Shown in pieces: positions 8,832 to 18,134 of a stretch of DNA of 64,000 bases. Made by a program: the position numbers and the translations under genes. Numbering within the stretch: the first letter of the stretch is position 1; every line of letters begins with the position of its first letter. The DNA is taken from positions 155,465 to 219,464 of the IMG/VR virus record IMGVR_UViG_3300045051_000720; one strand, given 5' to 3'. The notes under the pieces were generated by a model. It made no database searches. It had not been told where the DNA came from and saw nothing but the letters and a program-made list of their open reading frames with translations.

Positions 8832-9093
8832 TCCACTCAACCAACCCGGCGACGTAATCGCCTACCCGAAACTCGGGCGCGGGCAATGGGTCGTTGTCGC
8901 GACCTGCATGACAGGTGGCGGGACAGGTCACGGGCCGGGCGATGTGTACCCAGACGGTCACCAGCTCATCTTGCGGCGGCTCAAGGGTGATGTCGTTGAC
9001 TGGACGGTGCCCGAGAAGCGGTTCTATCAATCGGGGTCTTTTGTCGACAGTGTGATGCTGCCTTACCTCAAGCCAGTCAGGAGGTTGGGATGA
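8821..9093 (+). CDS. hypothetical protein
   Basis: 90-aa ORF. Confidence 0.6.
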   Translation: MNPNPLNQPGDVIAYPKLGRGQWVVVATCMTGGGTGHGPGDVYPDGHQLILRRLKGDVVDWTVPEKRFYQSGSFVDSVMLPYLKPVRRLG

Positions 9094-9293
9094 TCACTCT
9101 CGAAGGGGGCAAGTACACGGTTGAACTGGCGCCTGATGGGCGTCTTCGCGCCCTCCGCCACGGCAAGGAGTGGCGAGACCTGACGGGCGACAAGCTGGTT
9201 TTGGCGTTGGTGCACGAGGTGGAGAGGCTGCGCGGCAAACACACTGCCCGCCAATATATCGACGGCGAGGACGATCACGGGGCGGCGTGGTAG
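9090..9293 (+). CDS. hypothetical protein
   Basis: GKYTV..DGRLRALRHGKEWRDLTGDKLVLAL motif typical of phage small proteins. Confidence 0.65.
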   Translation: MITLEGGKYTVELAPDGRLRALRHGKEWRDLTGDKLVLALVHEVERLRGKHTARQYIDGEDDHGAAW

Positions 9294-9818
9294 AGACTAC
9301 GTATTTTCCACACCCCCGCACGCGTGCAAAACCGTGCGATTTGCATTTTTAGCCTTGACCAGACGCCTTGCCTCTGGCACTATCTCTTTCCATCGTGACT
9401 CCCCAAACGGTCTGCTGTCCAGCTCCGCCGCCTTGCTGGACTAGCCAAGCTTCTTATTCGCGCGGTACGTTGAGGATCATTCAGGTGGTCCTCCCCTGTT
9501 CGGTGCATTATGTGCTCACTCTCAACCACATGCCCATTGCCGACGATGACGACATCACCCCCCTTGTCCGTCTAGCCGAACACGAGTGGGCGGAGTGCTC
9601 AAGCGCGCGCCGCGCGGGATAGAGCACGTCACCGTGCAGGATAGCGGTCGGAGTAAGTATAGTCCCCTACCTCACGATCAGCCCTTCGCTGATTGTTGTT
9701 GACAACGGGGTCTGGTAGAGTAGCGTCCATGCACTCATCCAACCTCGGATCACCACTGGCAACCACCCACGACGGGCGGCCCGGTGAATGGTTCGGGACT
9801 TGGCGATGAGGATACTCA

Positions 9819-10481
9819 ATGAACGCTACATCCCCAATCGCCACTGGCGATCTGAAGACGGACGGCAACTCGCCGCTCTCGACCGTACCCACCAACATCG
9901 ATCAACGCCTCGCCGAGATCGAAACCGAACGCGCGCGGCTCGTCGCGCTTGATGAAGAAAAGAACCGTCTGCTTCGCGAGAAGGAGATCGCGCTGGCCAA
10001 GCGGCGGCAGGAGACCCTCGCCACGTTGCCCGGCCTGTTGCAGGTTGGGTCGCTCAATGAGGTGCTCGATCTGATCCGCAACAGCGGAACGGTGCGGCCC
10101 GCCGCTTCGCGCACGAGTGGCGCCCGTATCCCCGAATCGACGCGCGCACAGGCCCGTCAGATGCTCGAAGCCGGTACGCCCGTCAACAAGGTCGCAAAGG
10201 CCTTGCGTATCGGCGAGGCCACGGTGTGGCTCTGGAAACGGAGCTGGGGTCTGACCAAGACCCGCACCGTGAAGGCCGCCAAGACCAAACCCGCCAAACG
10301 GCGCAACGCCCAGCCCGGCGCGCTGAGTGAAACCGAGCACGATCGGCTGATCGCGGAGCTGAAGGAGGGCAAGGTGCCCGTGGCGAAGCTGGCGAAGCAG
10401 TATCGCAGGTCGAGGGCGCGTATATATCAGATAGCCAACCACTTAGGCATCCCGACGCCCAGCCTGCGTCACGCCGCCTAG
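9819..10481 (+). CDS. coiled-coil plus tandem helix-turn-helix DNA-binding protein
   Basis: N-terminal coiled coil; HTH1 TPVNKVAKALRIGEATVWLWK; Lys-rich linker; HTH2 PVAKLAKQYRRSRARIYQIA. Confidence 0.75.
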   Translation: MNATSPIATGDLKTDGNSPLSTVPTNIDQRLAEIETERARLVALDEEKNRLLREKEIALAKRRQETLATLPGLLQVGSLNEVLDLIRNSGTVRPAASRTSGARIPESTRAQARQMLEAGTPVNKVAKALRIGEATVWLWKRSWGLTKTRTVKAAKTKPAKRRNAQPGALSETEHDRLIAELKEGKVPVAKLAKQYRRSRARIYQIANHLGIPTPSLRHAA

Positions 10482-10518
10482 TCGTTGACACTCGCCTTGA
10501 GGGTGGCTATGATAGAGG

Positions 10519-11055
10519 ATGCTCGATCAAGCCACCCTCAAAGAGTGGGTTCATTACGACCCCGAGACCGGCGTTTTCACGCGCCTCAAGGTAAACACCG
10601 TACGGTGGCAGTGCCTTGTCGGACAACCAGTCACCAATCGCCGTCACGGTTATATCCGCGTCTACATTGGGAGGCGGGAGTATCCGGCCCACCGCCTAGC
10701 ATGGCTCTACATGACAGGGGCATGGCCGAAGGTACAACTGGACCATATCAACCGCGTCAAGACCGACAATCGGTGGAGCAACCTGCGCGAGGCCACCATA
10801 GTTCAAAATGCCGGCAACGTTCCGCCCCAGCATCGTAAAACACATGGCCGTATGGGCAAGCAGTCCGGTGTCCGTGGTGTCTATTGGCGGGGAGGCTCAC
10901 CCGTCGACACCAAATGGGTTGCTCATCTCGACAACAAGCACCTCGGCGCGTTTGATACCATCGACGAAGCCAAGGCGGCCTACGAGGCGGCAGCAAAGGC
11001 CAAATGGGGTGAGTTCGCGCACGTCTGGGACCTGAGAGAGTCAGTCCAGTCTTGA
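10519..11055 (+). CDS. HNH endonuclease with AP2-like C-terminal domain
   Basis: HYDPETGVF, AHRLAWLYMTG.WP..LDHINRVKTDNRWSNLRE, SGVRGV, HLGAFDTIDEAKAAY; own leaderless promoter TTGACA(10485)-17-TATGAT. Confidence 0.9.
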   Translation: MLDQATLKEWVHYDPETGVFTRLKVNTVRWQCLVGQPVTNRRHGYIRVYIGRREYPAHRLAWLYMTGAWPKVQLDHINRVKTDNRWSNLREATIVQNAGNVPPQHRKTHGRMGKQSGVRGVYWRGGSPVDTKWVAHLDNKHLGAFDTIDEAKAAYEAAAKAKWGEFAHVWDLRESVQS

Positions 11056-11086
11056 CAGACCAGTTCAACGCCCCTATATTGGGCGC

Positions 11087-11242
11087 GTGAAGAAGACACT
11101 GACATCGGGCAAGGCCCGGACCATTGGGAAGGGGCGCACTCGCCTTGACGCCGCCGAGAAACGCCGCGCCAACCGTGGCACGCGGCAAGTGCTCAAGCGC
11201 GAGACCGAGGTACTCGGCTGGCTGGGTCAACGCATCCCATGA
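11087..11242 (+). CDS. small basic protein
   Basis: GTG 6 nt after TATATT of promoter TTGACA(11052); manual translation 51 aa. Confidence 0.5.
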   Translation: MKKTLTSGKARTIGKGRTRLDAAEKRRANRGTRQVLKRETEVLGWLGQRIP

Positions 11243-11514
11243 TCTACCTCGTCTCTGCCCACAACGCCATCGGCACCAAAAGCCGCGCGTTTGGCTGGTT
11301 CAGTACCGACCGCGAAGCCGACGAAGCTGTGGCCAACGACATCGGTGGCCTGCGGGAGGCTCTGTATGACTGGGTGGTCATCGAGAGCCAACCGTCCGGC
11401 ATCCACGCGACCGCGCGGGTGGTGAGGTGGTATAGATGGGGTGATGGGTGGTATAGATCACGCACCGCGCCCGAGTGGGCGAAGGGGATGTGCAATCTGG
11501 GAGGGGTCGGATGA
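11239..11514 (+). CDS. hypothetical protein
   Basis: ATGA-coupled ORF. Confidence 0.6.
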   Translation: MIYLVSAHNAIGTKSRAFGWFSTDREADEAVANDIGGLREALYDWVVIESQPSGIHATARVVRWYRWGDGWYRSRTAPEWAKGMCNLGGVG

Positions 11515-11699
11515 CCCGACAACGCGCTTTCCAGATCGCCCACCGCGAGGCGGGTCTCTGCACCCAGTGTTCTGAACCCGCGGCCAAGGGTGCGACTCGT
11601 TGTGCCAAGCACCTCAAGGCGGCGCGGCTGGAGGCACGGAAGCGGGCGGGGTGCAAGGCTTGGCGGGCTGGTGCGAGGGGTCGCCCACCCAAAGGATAG
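11511..11699 (+). CDS. small Zn-finger protein with AT-hook-like end
   Basis: CTQC..RCAKH and RGRPPK. Confidence 0.55.
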   Translation: MTRQRAFQIAHREAGLCTQCSEPAAKGATRCAKHLKAARLEARKRAGCKAWRAGARGRPPKG

Positions 11700-11774
11700 C
11701 GGTTTAGTACCCCGCGAGACACCGCCCCGCTTTTTTCGCTTGACGGCGGTGGTCAACTCGGGTACCTTGGCGCC

Positions 11775-12086
11775 ATGACCCAACGCACGACCATCCGCCA
11801 GATGTGGGAATACGGAGCAAACGCCGAAGGGTCATTGGTGCTAGCAAAACCCCTTGAGGGGTGGACCTGTAAAGGTCAATCCGTGTTGGTCGTGCCCTAC
11901 AATCCAACCTGCCGTCTCGCCACGATCAAACGGACGACCAAAACCCTCTGGCCACGCGCCAAGGGCAAGCGCCGTGAGGAGATGGAGGCGCTGGTGATGT
12001 ACGTGCTCGGCACCGCTTTGACCCCATCTCGGCGCCCGCGCTGGATGCCATCAAGCGTGGGGTCAACGAAGCCGGGTTGGTTCTAG
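11775..12086 (+). CDS. hypothetical protein
   Basis: leaderless promoter TTGACG(11740)-17-TACCTT-6-ATG. Confidence 0.6.
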   Translation: MTQRTTIRQMWEYGANAEGSLVLAKPLEGWTCKGQSVLVVPYNPTCRLATIKRTTKTLWPRAKGKRREEMEALVMYVLGTALTPSRRPRWMPSSVGSTKPGWF

Positions 12087-12133
12087 GGACTTGACCCTAT
12101 AGACACCACCGCACGACCTGCTATCCTCCAGCC
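12084..12133 (+). promoter_or_regulatory. palindrome-promoter module (type example)
   Basis: TAGGG-ACTTGA-CCCTA + TAGACA-16-TATCCT-6-ATG. Confidence 0.75.
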
Positions 12134-12312
12134 ATGCTCACCAAATCTGACACCGAACTCTGCACCATCATCCTCAACCGATGGGCGAGTCGCACTCGCC
12201 GTGCGGAGGCCCTGACCACTTTGGTCACCCGCCGCGAGGCGACCTCTTACGAGGCGGGAGTCAGATATGGCCATGCGCGAGGCAGTGCCACGGCGGACGC
12301 ACGGAGGGGACA

Positions 12313-12579
12313 ATGACCCTTATCGATCTGCTCACCCGCGCCGGGAGCGACCTCAAGCACCAACGGCTTGACGAATCGTTCGTGTCCATGCGACAGAGAA
12401 AAACCCATGCTGAGGTTACTTTTTCGACCGAACCGGAGGTTGCGGCGCAACTCGCGCGCAGTATGTTGACTAATCAAGCGGCCGACTACGTGGGCATTGT
12501 CGTGTGGGTGCCGGCGTCGGCCTTCACTCAACACCGCGACGACGATCTCGTGATCAGAGGTCATTCGGCAACGCCTTGA
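12313..12579 (+). CDS. hypothetical protein
   Basis: GAGGGG RBS, ATG 12313. Confidence 0.55.
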   Translation: MTLIDLLTRAGSDLKHQRLDESFVSMRQRKTHAEVTFSTEPEVAAQLARSMLTNQAADYVGIVVWVPASAFTQHRDDDLVIRGHSATP

Positions 12580-12585
12580 ACGAAA

Positions 12586-12894
12586 ATGGCTTACAAATGC
12601 TCAGACCCCAAGTGCGGTAAGGTCCAAGTTGCCTCCACCCGTTGCCTAGCCTGTGGCGCGATCTGCTTGCCCCACGTCCTGCCGTGCTCGCCTGCTGGTG
12701 CCGATTGCGCTTCAACCACGATGCCGATCACTTCACTACCTACAATTTGGGAGGCGTTCTGCGACGCCAGTTACTACGATATGTGGGCCGTGCGCCGCAC
12801 AACCGAGACCGGCTGGGGTGAGTGCTTCCACCTCAACAGCAAGGCTGAGGCCGAAGGGCTGACCAAGCTGCTCAATGACCACAGTGTGCCTTGA
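12586..12894 (+). CDS. Zn-ribbon hypothetical protein
   Basis: CSDPKC..CLAC motifs. Confidence 0.55.
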   Translation: MAYKCSDPKCGKVQVASTRCLACGAICLPHVLPCSPAGADCASTTMPITSLPTIWEAFCDASYYDMWAVRRTTETGWGECFHLNSKAEAEGLTKLLNDHSVP

Positions 12895-13098
12895 GGACGA
12901 AAACATGGACCTCGCTGACTACCTTCGCCGCATCGCCGCCGTTCCGCTGACCTCCGGAACCACGCGCTACGTTCCCGCGTTGTGCCGTCCTTGGCGGCGC
13001 AAACAGTGAATGACATGACCTTCATCGTCATTAGCTGCCTCGCGGCGCTATTCGTTATGCTGTTCGCACACAACGATTGCCGGTAGAACGAACCTGAC

Positions 13099-13290
13099 AT
13101 GAAAAATCCATTCGACGCCAACCTAAGCAACGACGCCCTGCGCGAGATTCGCGCCATACTAGAGCGCGAGATGGCCGAACTCATGCGGGTCACTTCTCTT
13201 TGCTCTTACGCGCCCGCAATCGAAACGGGCCGCGCCAACATCGCCAAGGTTCGTAGCCTTATCGCCGCCATCGACGCCGCCCAGTCCTGA
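13099..13290 (+). CDS. hypothetical protein
   Basis: flanked by GAACGA motifs. Confidence 0.55.
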   Translation: MKNPFDANLSNDALREIRAILEREMAELMRVTSLCSYAPAIETGRANIAKVRSLIAAIDAAQS

Positions 13291-13296
13291 ACGACC

Positions 13297-13521
13297 ATGA
13301 GCAAAATCCCCGACGCATTAGACCTCGCTCGCGAGGCACTTGACGAAGCCGAGTCCGAGATCAACGCGGTGCTTGATAGCTCGACACCGGAATGGCGTGC
13401 GCTTCACGCGCTTCATTCCGCGCTATCCTATCTGCGGATCGCAATCCGCGAAAACCGCGATTCAACAGCCCGCGCCGCGAACGTCGCAAGCTGTCTCGCC
13501 AACGGAATCCAGCCGGACTGA
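13297..13521 (+). CDS. hypothetical protein
   Basis: flanked by GAACGA motifs. Confidence 0.6.
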   Translation: MSKIPDALDLAREALDEAESEINAVLDSSTPEWRALHALHSALSYLRIAIRENRDSTARAANVASCLANGIQPD

Positions 13522-13754
13522 CAGAACGAACCATCTTACGCCCCCTTGAGGCTTAGCCACTCTGGCACTCACCGGGGCACGCTTTAACCGAACGAGCCAT
13601 CTTGACCATGAGCATTATTCGAGGCCATTGCTTCACCAACTTAGACGAGTACAAGCACGAGGAGTGGCCGGAAGCGTTTGTCGCCGTGCCGCGCGAAGGC
13701 GCTTCGCTCTATCGCTGACAACGTGGATTCCTGACCCGCGAACGAACCGAACCG

Positions 13755-13960
13755 ATGACCAACGACGAGCGAGATTTACTTGTGAAAGTGCTATGCACGC
13801 AGGACGGGCGCGGGCCTGTCGTGAAACGTAACTCGATGCGTTGCTCATTGCTGAGCGTGTCGAGATCCAGCGCGAGAATGCCAAGCTGCGCGAGGAAATT
13901 GCCCGACGGAACCGACTCGACCAAATGCCGCACCACCACGGCGCAACGGCCTCGGAGTGA
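13755..13960 (+). pseudogene. probable frameshifted small gene
   Basis: MTNDERDLLVKVLCTQDGRGPVVKR continues in another frame as LDALLIAERVEIQRENAKLREEIARR..SE* whose TGA (13958-13960) abuts a GAACGAA motif. Confidence 0.45.
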
Positions 13961-13973
13961 GGCGAACGAAGCT

Positions 13974-14270
13974 ATGAACGACAACTGCACCCCATGGCAG
14001 GCAACGCCAGCAGGCGACCTGCGGAACCAGATAATGAACTCCAACATCCCGAAGAACGAGCGGGAGTGGTGGGCAGCGCGCTGCATAAAAGAACTTGAAC
14101 GCAAGAACGCCAAGCTGCACGAGGCGCTGACAAAAGCGGAAGCGCACGACGAATCACTCCACGCTTTCGACGACCTGCAATGCTTTGTCGATGACCCTGA
14201 CACGCGTAACGAGTATTGGCCTGAATACTGCCGCCGCTGCAACCAACGGCAGGCGCTTGGAACGTCGTGA
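13974..14270 (+). CDS. hypothetical protein
   Basis: ATG 13974 directly after GAACGAAG motif. Confidence 0.55.
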   Translation: MNDNCTPWQATPAGDLRNQIMNSNIPKNEREWWAARCIKELERKNAKLHEALTKAEAHDESLHAFDDLQCFVDDPDTRNEYWPEYCRRCNQRQALGTS

Positions 14271-14278
14271 ACGAAAAT

Positions 14279-14509
14279 ATGGACACACCACTATTCAGAC
14301 CCGAAGCGGTTGCGGCATTTAACGCATTCGCCGAGGCGTTATCAGGGGCGCCGGAAATCCGTCGCCTTACCGCAGTAATCGACTCGCACCATCAGCTCGC
14401 GGCCAAATGCCGTTCGCTGCTTTACAACGGCGGAGCCGGGCCGAATGCCTCACAGCTTCAGCGGGTGGACGCCATGCTCCGCACCATCGCCGGCCTGCCG
14501 CCAACCTGA
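14279..14509 (+). CDS. hypothetical protein
   Basis: ATG after GAACGAAAAT. Confidence 0.55.
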   Translation: MDTPLFRPEAVAAFNAFAEALSGAPEIRRLTAVIDSHHQLAAKCRSLLYNGGAGPNASQLQRVDAMLRTIAGLPPT

Positions 14510-14521
14510 CCCGAACAAACC

Positions 14522-14674
14522 ATGAGCGCCCCAACCTGTCCCCGTTGTGCCTCGCATCGCGTGTCCCGTGTGGGACTGCGCCGCTACGTGTGTGCCGCGT
14601 GCGGCAAGGCGTGGAGCGTTCGCAAACCGGCCTGCAATTGCCGCCAGTGCCGAACCAAACGCGGATGGAAGTAG
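14522..14674 (+). CDS. small Zn-finger protein
   Basis: manual translation MSAPTCPRC..CAAC..CNCRQC, 50 aa. Confidence 0.55.
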   Translation: MSAPTCPRCASHRVSRVGLRRYVCAACGKAWSVRKPACNCRQCRTKRGWK

Positions 14675-14688
14675 GTCCATCGAACGAT

Positions 14689-14898
14689 ATGCAAATCGAA
14701 CTCGTGAGCGGCCCGTACAACGGGCGACGAATCGAAGACTTGGGAACGGTCGCAATCCGCATGGAGATAGCGGAGCGTTGGCCGCAGCAGGATGGCGACA
14801 AGTGCGGTGCTGCCGTGTACGAGCCGAATGCCGAGCGCACACACGCATTCTGGCTGAACAACGTGTGGGACGGAACCCACGTCGAAACAATCGAGTAA
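14689..14898 (+). CDS. hypothetical protein
   Basis: MQIELVSGPYNG motif; flanked by GAACGA motifs. Confidence 0.55.
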   Translation: MQIELVSGPYNGRRIEDLGTVAIRMEIAERWPQQDGDKCGAAVYEPNAERTHAFWLNNVWDGTHVETIE

Positions 14899-15219
14899 CC
14901 GAACGAACATGAAACGACTCCGCACCAAGTTTACCGACGATTTCCACTTCCGCCGCGCGCTGGAAACCGAACTCAAGCAGCGCATCGCCGACCGTGACTG
15001 GCTCAACCGGCAAATCAGACATATCCGTGCCGTCCTGCGGCTGCGTACGAACTGAATGACATGCACTCGCTTTATTGGCTTTTCTTCCGCTCCCTCGCGT
15101 GCCGCCCCAGCATCGGGTTGCGCTGGCGTGTGTGGGCATGGATTAGCCGGCGCATTTCAGCCGCGAAGCACCGGGCGCGCGGCAACAAGTTTTAACCGAA
15201 CGAAGGGGCTGATTTTACC

Positions 15220-15567
15220 ATGAACAAGGTCATCACCGACGAGATGGTTGCGCAGCTTTCCAAACTCGAAAAGCTGCTGTTTTCTCTGCACCGCGACGAG
15301 TCCGACGCCGTGGCGTATAACCAACTCGGCTACGCATGGATCAGCTTGAAGCAGGCCCGCGAAGCGATTTTAGGCGAGATGCGCGACGAGCATTTGCTGG
15401 GCGAGCAAATCGACGTGTGGAAAGTCTCGGATGGCTCGTCATCGTATTACACGACCGACGAAGCCGCCGCGAAAACCGAGGCCGAAGGCTGCGACGACAT
15501 CACCATTTCGCGCGTGAGAATGGCGCGGAAGATTTACGACAACCTGCCCGAGTTCGCGGGCTTCTGA
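15220..15567 (+). CDS. hypothetical protein
   Basis: 115-aa ORF between GAACGAA motifs. Confidence 0.65.
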   Translation: MNKVITDEMVAQLSKLEKLLFSLHRDESDAVAYNQLGYAWISLKQAREAILGEMRDEHLLGEQIDVWKVSDGSSSYYTTDEAAAKTEAEGCDDITISRVRMARKIYDNLPEFAGF

Positions 15568-15588
15568 GGCGAACGAACAATCACACCG

Positions 15589-15813
15589 ATGAATCTATCC
15601 GAACTGAGGGGTTACAAACGCGGGCAGCGCGAGGGTGAGAAAATGCGCGCTCAACTGTTGCGCATGGCTGACTGGCTCGCGCGAACCCGCGCTGCTGCGC
15701 TCAAAATGGAGCAGCAGAACCGCGGCCGTTTCGACTCGCTCGCCGACTCTTGCAAGGCCGATGCGGCCAACGCGGAGAAGATGGAACGCGATTGCCGGGA
15801 TGCGGCGAAGTAA
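15589..15813 (+). CDS. hypothetical coiled-coil protein
   Basis: 74-aa ORF between GAACGAA motifs. Confidence 0.55.
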   Translation: MNLSELRGYKRGQREGEKMRAQLLRMADWLARTRAAALKMEQQNRGRFDSLADSCKADAANAEKMERDCRDAAK

Positions 15814-15835
15814 ACCACCGGAACGAAAAGGAACT

Positions 15836-16207
15836 ATGACTTGGCACACTCTTTCCAGCATTTACCACGGCACCCGCCTCACTGAATTGCTCGCCGCCGC
15901 GTGTGACGATGGCATCGGCATCATCGCTCGCTGGACCCGTCGCGAAGACGGCGCGTGGGATGTTGAGGCAATGGACACCGAAGGCACAGACGGCATGAAG
16001 CCAGTGACGGAGTTTGACGAAGGCGAGTCGGTGCCACCGGAGCCGCCATCGGCGGAGGCGGAGCCAAAAGCAGAGGACGAGAGCGAGATTTGGCCACCAT
16101 GCCCCAAGTGTGGCAGTCAGCAGAGTTACGCGGTTGTCGGCACCCAGCGACGGTGCTGTACCAACTGCCGAACTAAGTTCTGGCCGGAGACCAACGCAAC
16201 CAAATGA
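15836..16207 (+). CDS. hypothetical protein with C-terminal Zn ribbon
   Basis: CPKC..CTNC; ATG 15836. Confidence 0.6.
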   Translation: MTWHTLSSIYHGTRLTELLAAACDDGIGIIARWTRREDGAWDVEAMDTEGTDGMKPVTEFDEGESVPPEPPSAEAEPKAEDESEIWPPCPKCGSQQSYAVVGTQRRCCTNCRTKFWPETNATK

Positions 16208-16365
16208 ACAAAGACCACAACTGGGAGGCATGGAAATCCGGCTTCATGAGCGGAGCGTTTCTAGCGATCTGCGTCATGTGCAGCATCATCTACCTCGTGA
16301 CCCACTGGACCCGTTGAACGAAACGAACGCTGCGAAATCACGTAAGTCACTCGGCAGATCGCCCA

Positions 16366-16411
16366 TTTTCGACATCCAACGACAGGCCTTTTCGACATCC
16401 AACGACAGGCC
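16366..16411 (+). repeat. perfect 23-bp tandem duplication
   Basis: TTTTCGACATCCAACGACAGGCC x2. Confidence 0.9.
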
Positions 16412-16428
16412 TTTCCTACGACTTTCCC

Positions 16429-16674
16429 ATGAACAACGACATTGCCTCGCGCATCCTCGCTTCGATTGCCGCCCTTCCGGTGCATGAGCAAGCCGATGCG
16501 ATTTCATCCCTCATCGGCTCGGCGCTCTATCAGATGCCCCTAGCTACGGTCAACGAGGTCCGCGCCGAGATCGCGGGCCAGTTCGATCCCACCATTCCAA
16601 TTGTCCGCACCACACTCGATCTGATTGATGGGCATCTGGCGCTGCGCGAGATCGGCGCGATCAACGAGCCATGA
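16429..16674 (+). CDS. hypothetical protein
   Basis: 81-aa helical ORF. Confidence 0.6.
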   Translation: MNNDIASRILASIAALPVHEQADAISSLIGSALYQMPLATVNEVRAEIAGQFDPTIPIVRTTLDLIDGHLALREIGAINEP

Positions 16675-16852
16675 CCGAGGTCGCACGCCACCTTTCCAAT
16701 CTGTCGTCGGTCCCGGGCTGGAACCTGACCACGGACAAGGTCACCGCGCGGGCGTTATTGGCGCACGAGTGGGTGTTCTGTCAGGGCGACATGCGGGACA
16801 TCTGCGTTCGGCATCTCGGGCTGGGCGTGTACAAGGTCTGGACGGAACCACG

Positions 16853-17062
16853 ATGACTGGCTGGCGCACCTTCCGCTGCGCGTGCGGGCTGGCCTTTGAG
16901 GAGGCCACTCGCGACGCGCTTTCTCCTTCGCTCACTATCTGCCCGCGCTGCAATGAGGAGTGTTTTCCTGATGCTCATCGACTTGACGATCTGGCCACCC
17001 ACATGGGCAACCTGACCATGCCATGGTCGGCGCGGGTGAGGGTTTTGGGGGATTTGCCCTAG
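16853..17062 (+). CDS. Zn-ribbon small protein
   Basis: CAC..CPRC; ATGA overlap with 16671-16856. Confidence 0.5.
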   Translation: MTGWRTFRCACGLAFEEATRDALSPSLTICPRCNEECFPDAHRLDDLATHMGNLTMPWSARVRVLGDLP

Positions 17063-17095
17063 AGACAACGCCATCTGATCTGCTACCTTTTCACC

Positions 17096-17470
17096 ATGTC
17101 CACCCATTTCCCTCAATCCTCCGGTGGGTCCATCTACTTCCCCTGTTCACCCGACCAGTTCGCGGTGTTCAAGCGGGGCGATAGGGTCGTGCGCACAGCG
17201 GTCAGCGTCCCCTCTTCCTTTGAGTGGATAGAGAGCGGTGAGCCGCCGCAGAAGGACAAGGTCTATGTGGTTCGCGACTACCACTACGGCTACGCCGAGA
17301 CCAACGGCGGTCGCCCCCCTGTCTATGGCCAAATCCTCAATCTGGTCGAGTGCGTGTGTCATAGGACCCCGCAAGGACTTGAATACGGCTGGTTTCACGC
17401 GGGTTTTCGTAAGGTGACCGAGGAGGAGATCGCCGCGCGAGTGGCCCAGACACAGGAGGTTTCTTTATGA
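17096..17470 (+). CDS. hypothetical protein
   Basis: behind palindrome-promoter module at 17046-17095. Confidence 0.65.
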   Translation: MSTHFPQSSGGSIYFPCSPDQFAVFKRGDRVVRTAVSVPSSFEWIESGEPPQKDKVYVVRDYHYGYAETNGGRPPVYGQILNLVECVCHRTPQGLEYGWFHAGFRKVTEEEIAARVAQTQEVSL

Positions 17471-17714
17471 CCACATCTATACCCCAATGGGTTCTCGACG
17501 CCGCCTCCGAGATCGGAGGGATCGGCGAGCATGGTGTCCAGCGCACCGCCCAGATCATCGCCAAGCACTGCCGCGCGAGTGATCGCTACCGGGCTGCTCT
17601 GGTCGCGCTGGTGGGTTCCGATGATCCCAAGACCCTGCGGGGCATCCGCGCCTATACGGTTCAGTATGCCCCCAACGAGACCGCCATTCTCAACGCCATC
17701 GATCTGTTGCTCGA

Positions 17715-18095
17715 ATGAACTGGCGCGCCATGGCCAAGGCCCCGAAGGACGGGACCCATATTCTGCTCGCCTACCCCTCGTTCAGCGACAACGGTCAGGT
17801 CTATGTGGGGATCGGGAGGTGGGTGGATTGCCCACCCCAAGCCGCGGTCGAGCGCGAATGCCGTGAGGCTTATGACCAACACCGTCCTGTTGTGCCTGTC
17901 GATCCGGGCAAACCCCACTGGGAGGTCGCCTATGTCGCGGAGCTGGAGCACGGCGGGGCCTATAACGGCCACTCCTACGAAGCGCGCTCGGCAACCATCC
18001 ACCATCCGTTTGGTTGGATGCCGTTGCCCAAGACGCCCAAGCGTATGTGGCGAGCGACCGCGTCGTTGTCCTACCTGTCCTACCTGAGGGATTGA
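17715..18095 (+). CDS. DUF551-like protein
   Basis: W..MAKAPKDGTHILL and C-terminal WMPLPKTP. Confidence 0.65.
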   Translation: MNWRAMAKAPKDGTHILLAYPSFSDNGQVYVGIGRWVDCPPQAAVERECREAYDQHRPVVPVDPGKPHWEVAYVAELEHGGAYNGHSYEARSATIHHPFGWMPLPKTPKRMWRATASLSYLSYLRD

Positions 18096-18134
18096 CCCTA
18101 TTGCGCGCGCCGCGCGGTGTGTTACCATCCGACC

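Larger units (their letters stand above)
12578..16330 (+). repeat. dispersed start-associated motif (CC)GAACGAA
   Basis: about 14 copies, mostly between a stop and the next ATG (12578, 13086, 13289, 13524, 13590, 13740, 13964, 14269, 14513, 14901, 15198, 15571, 15821, 16316). Confidence 0.75.
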
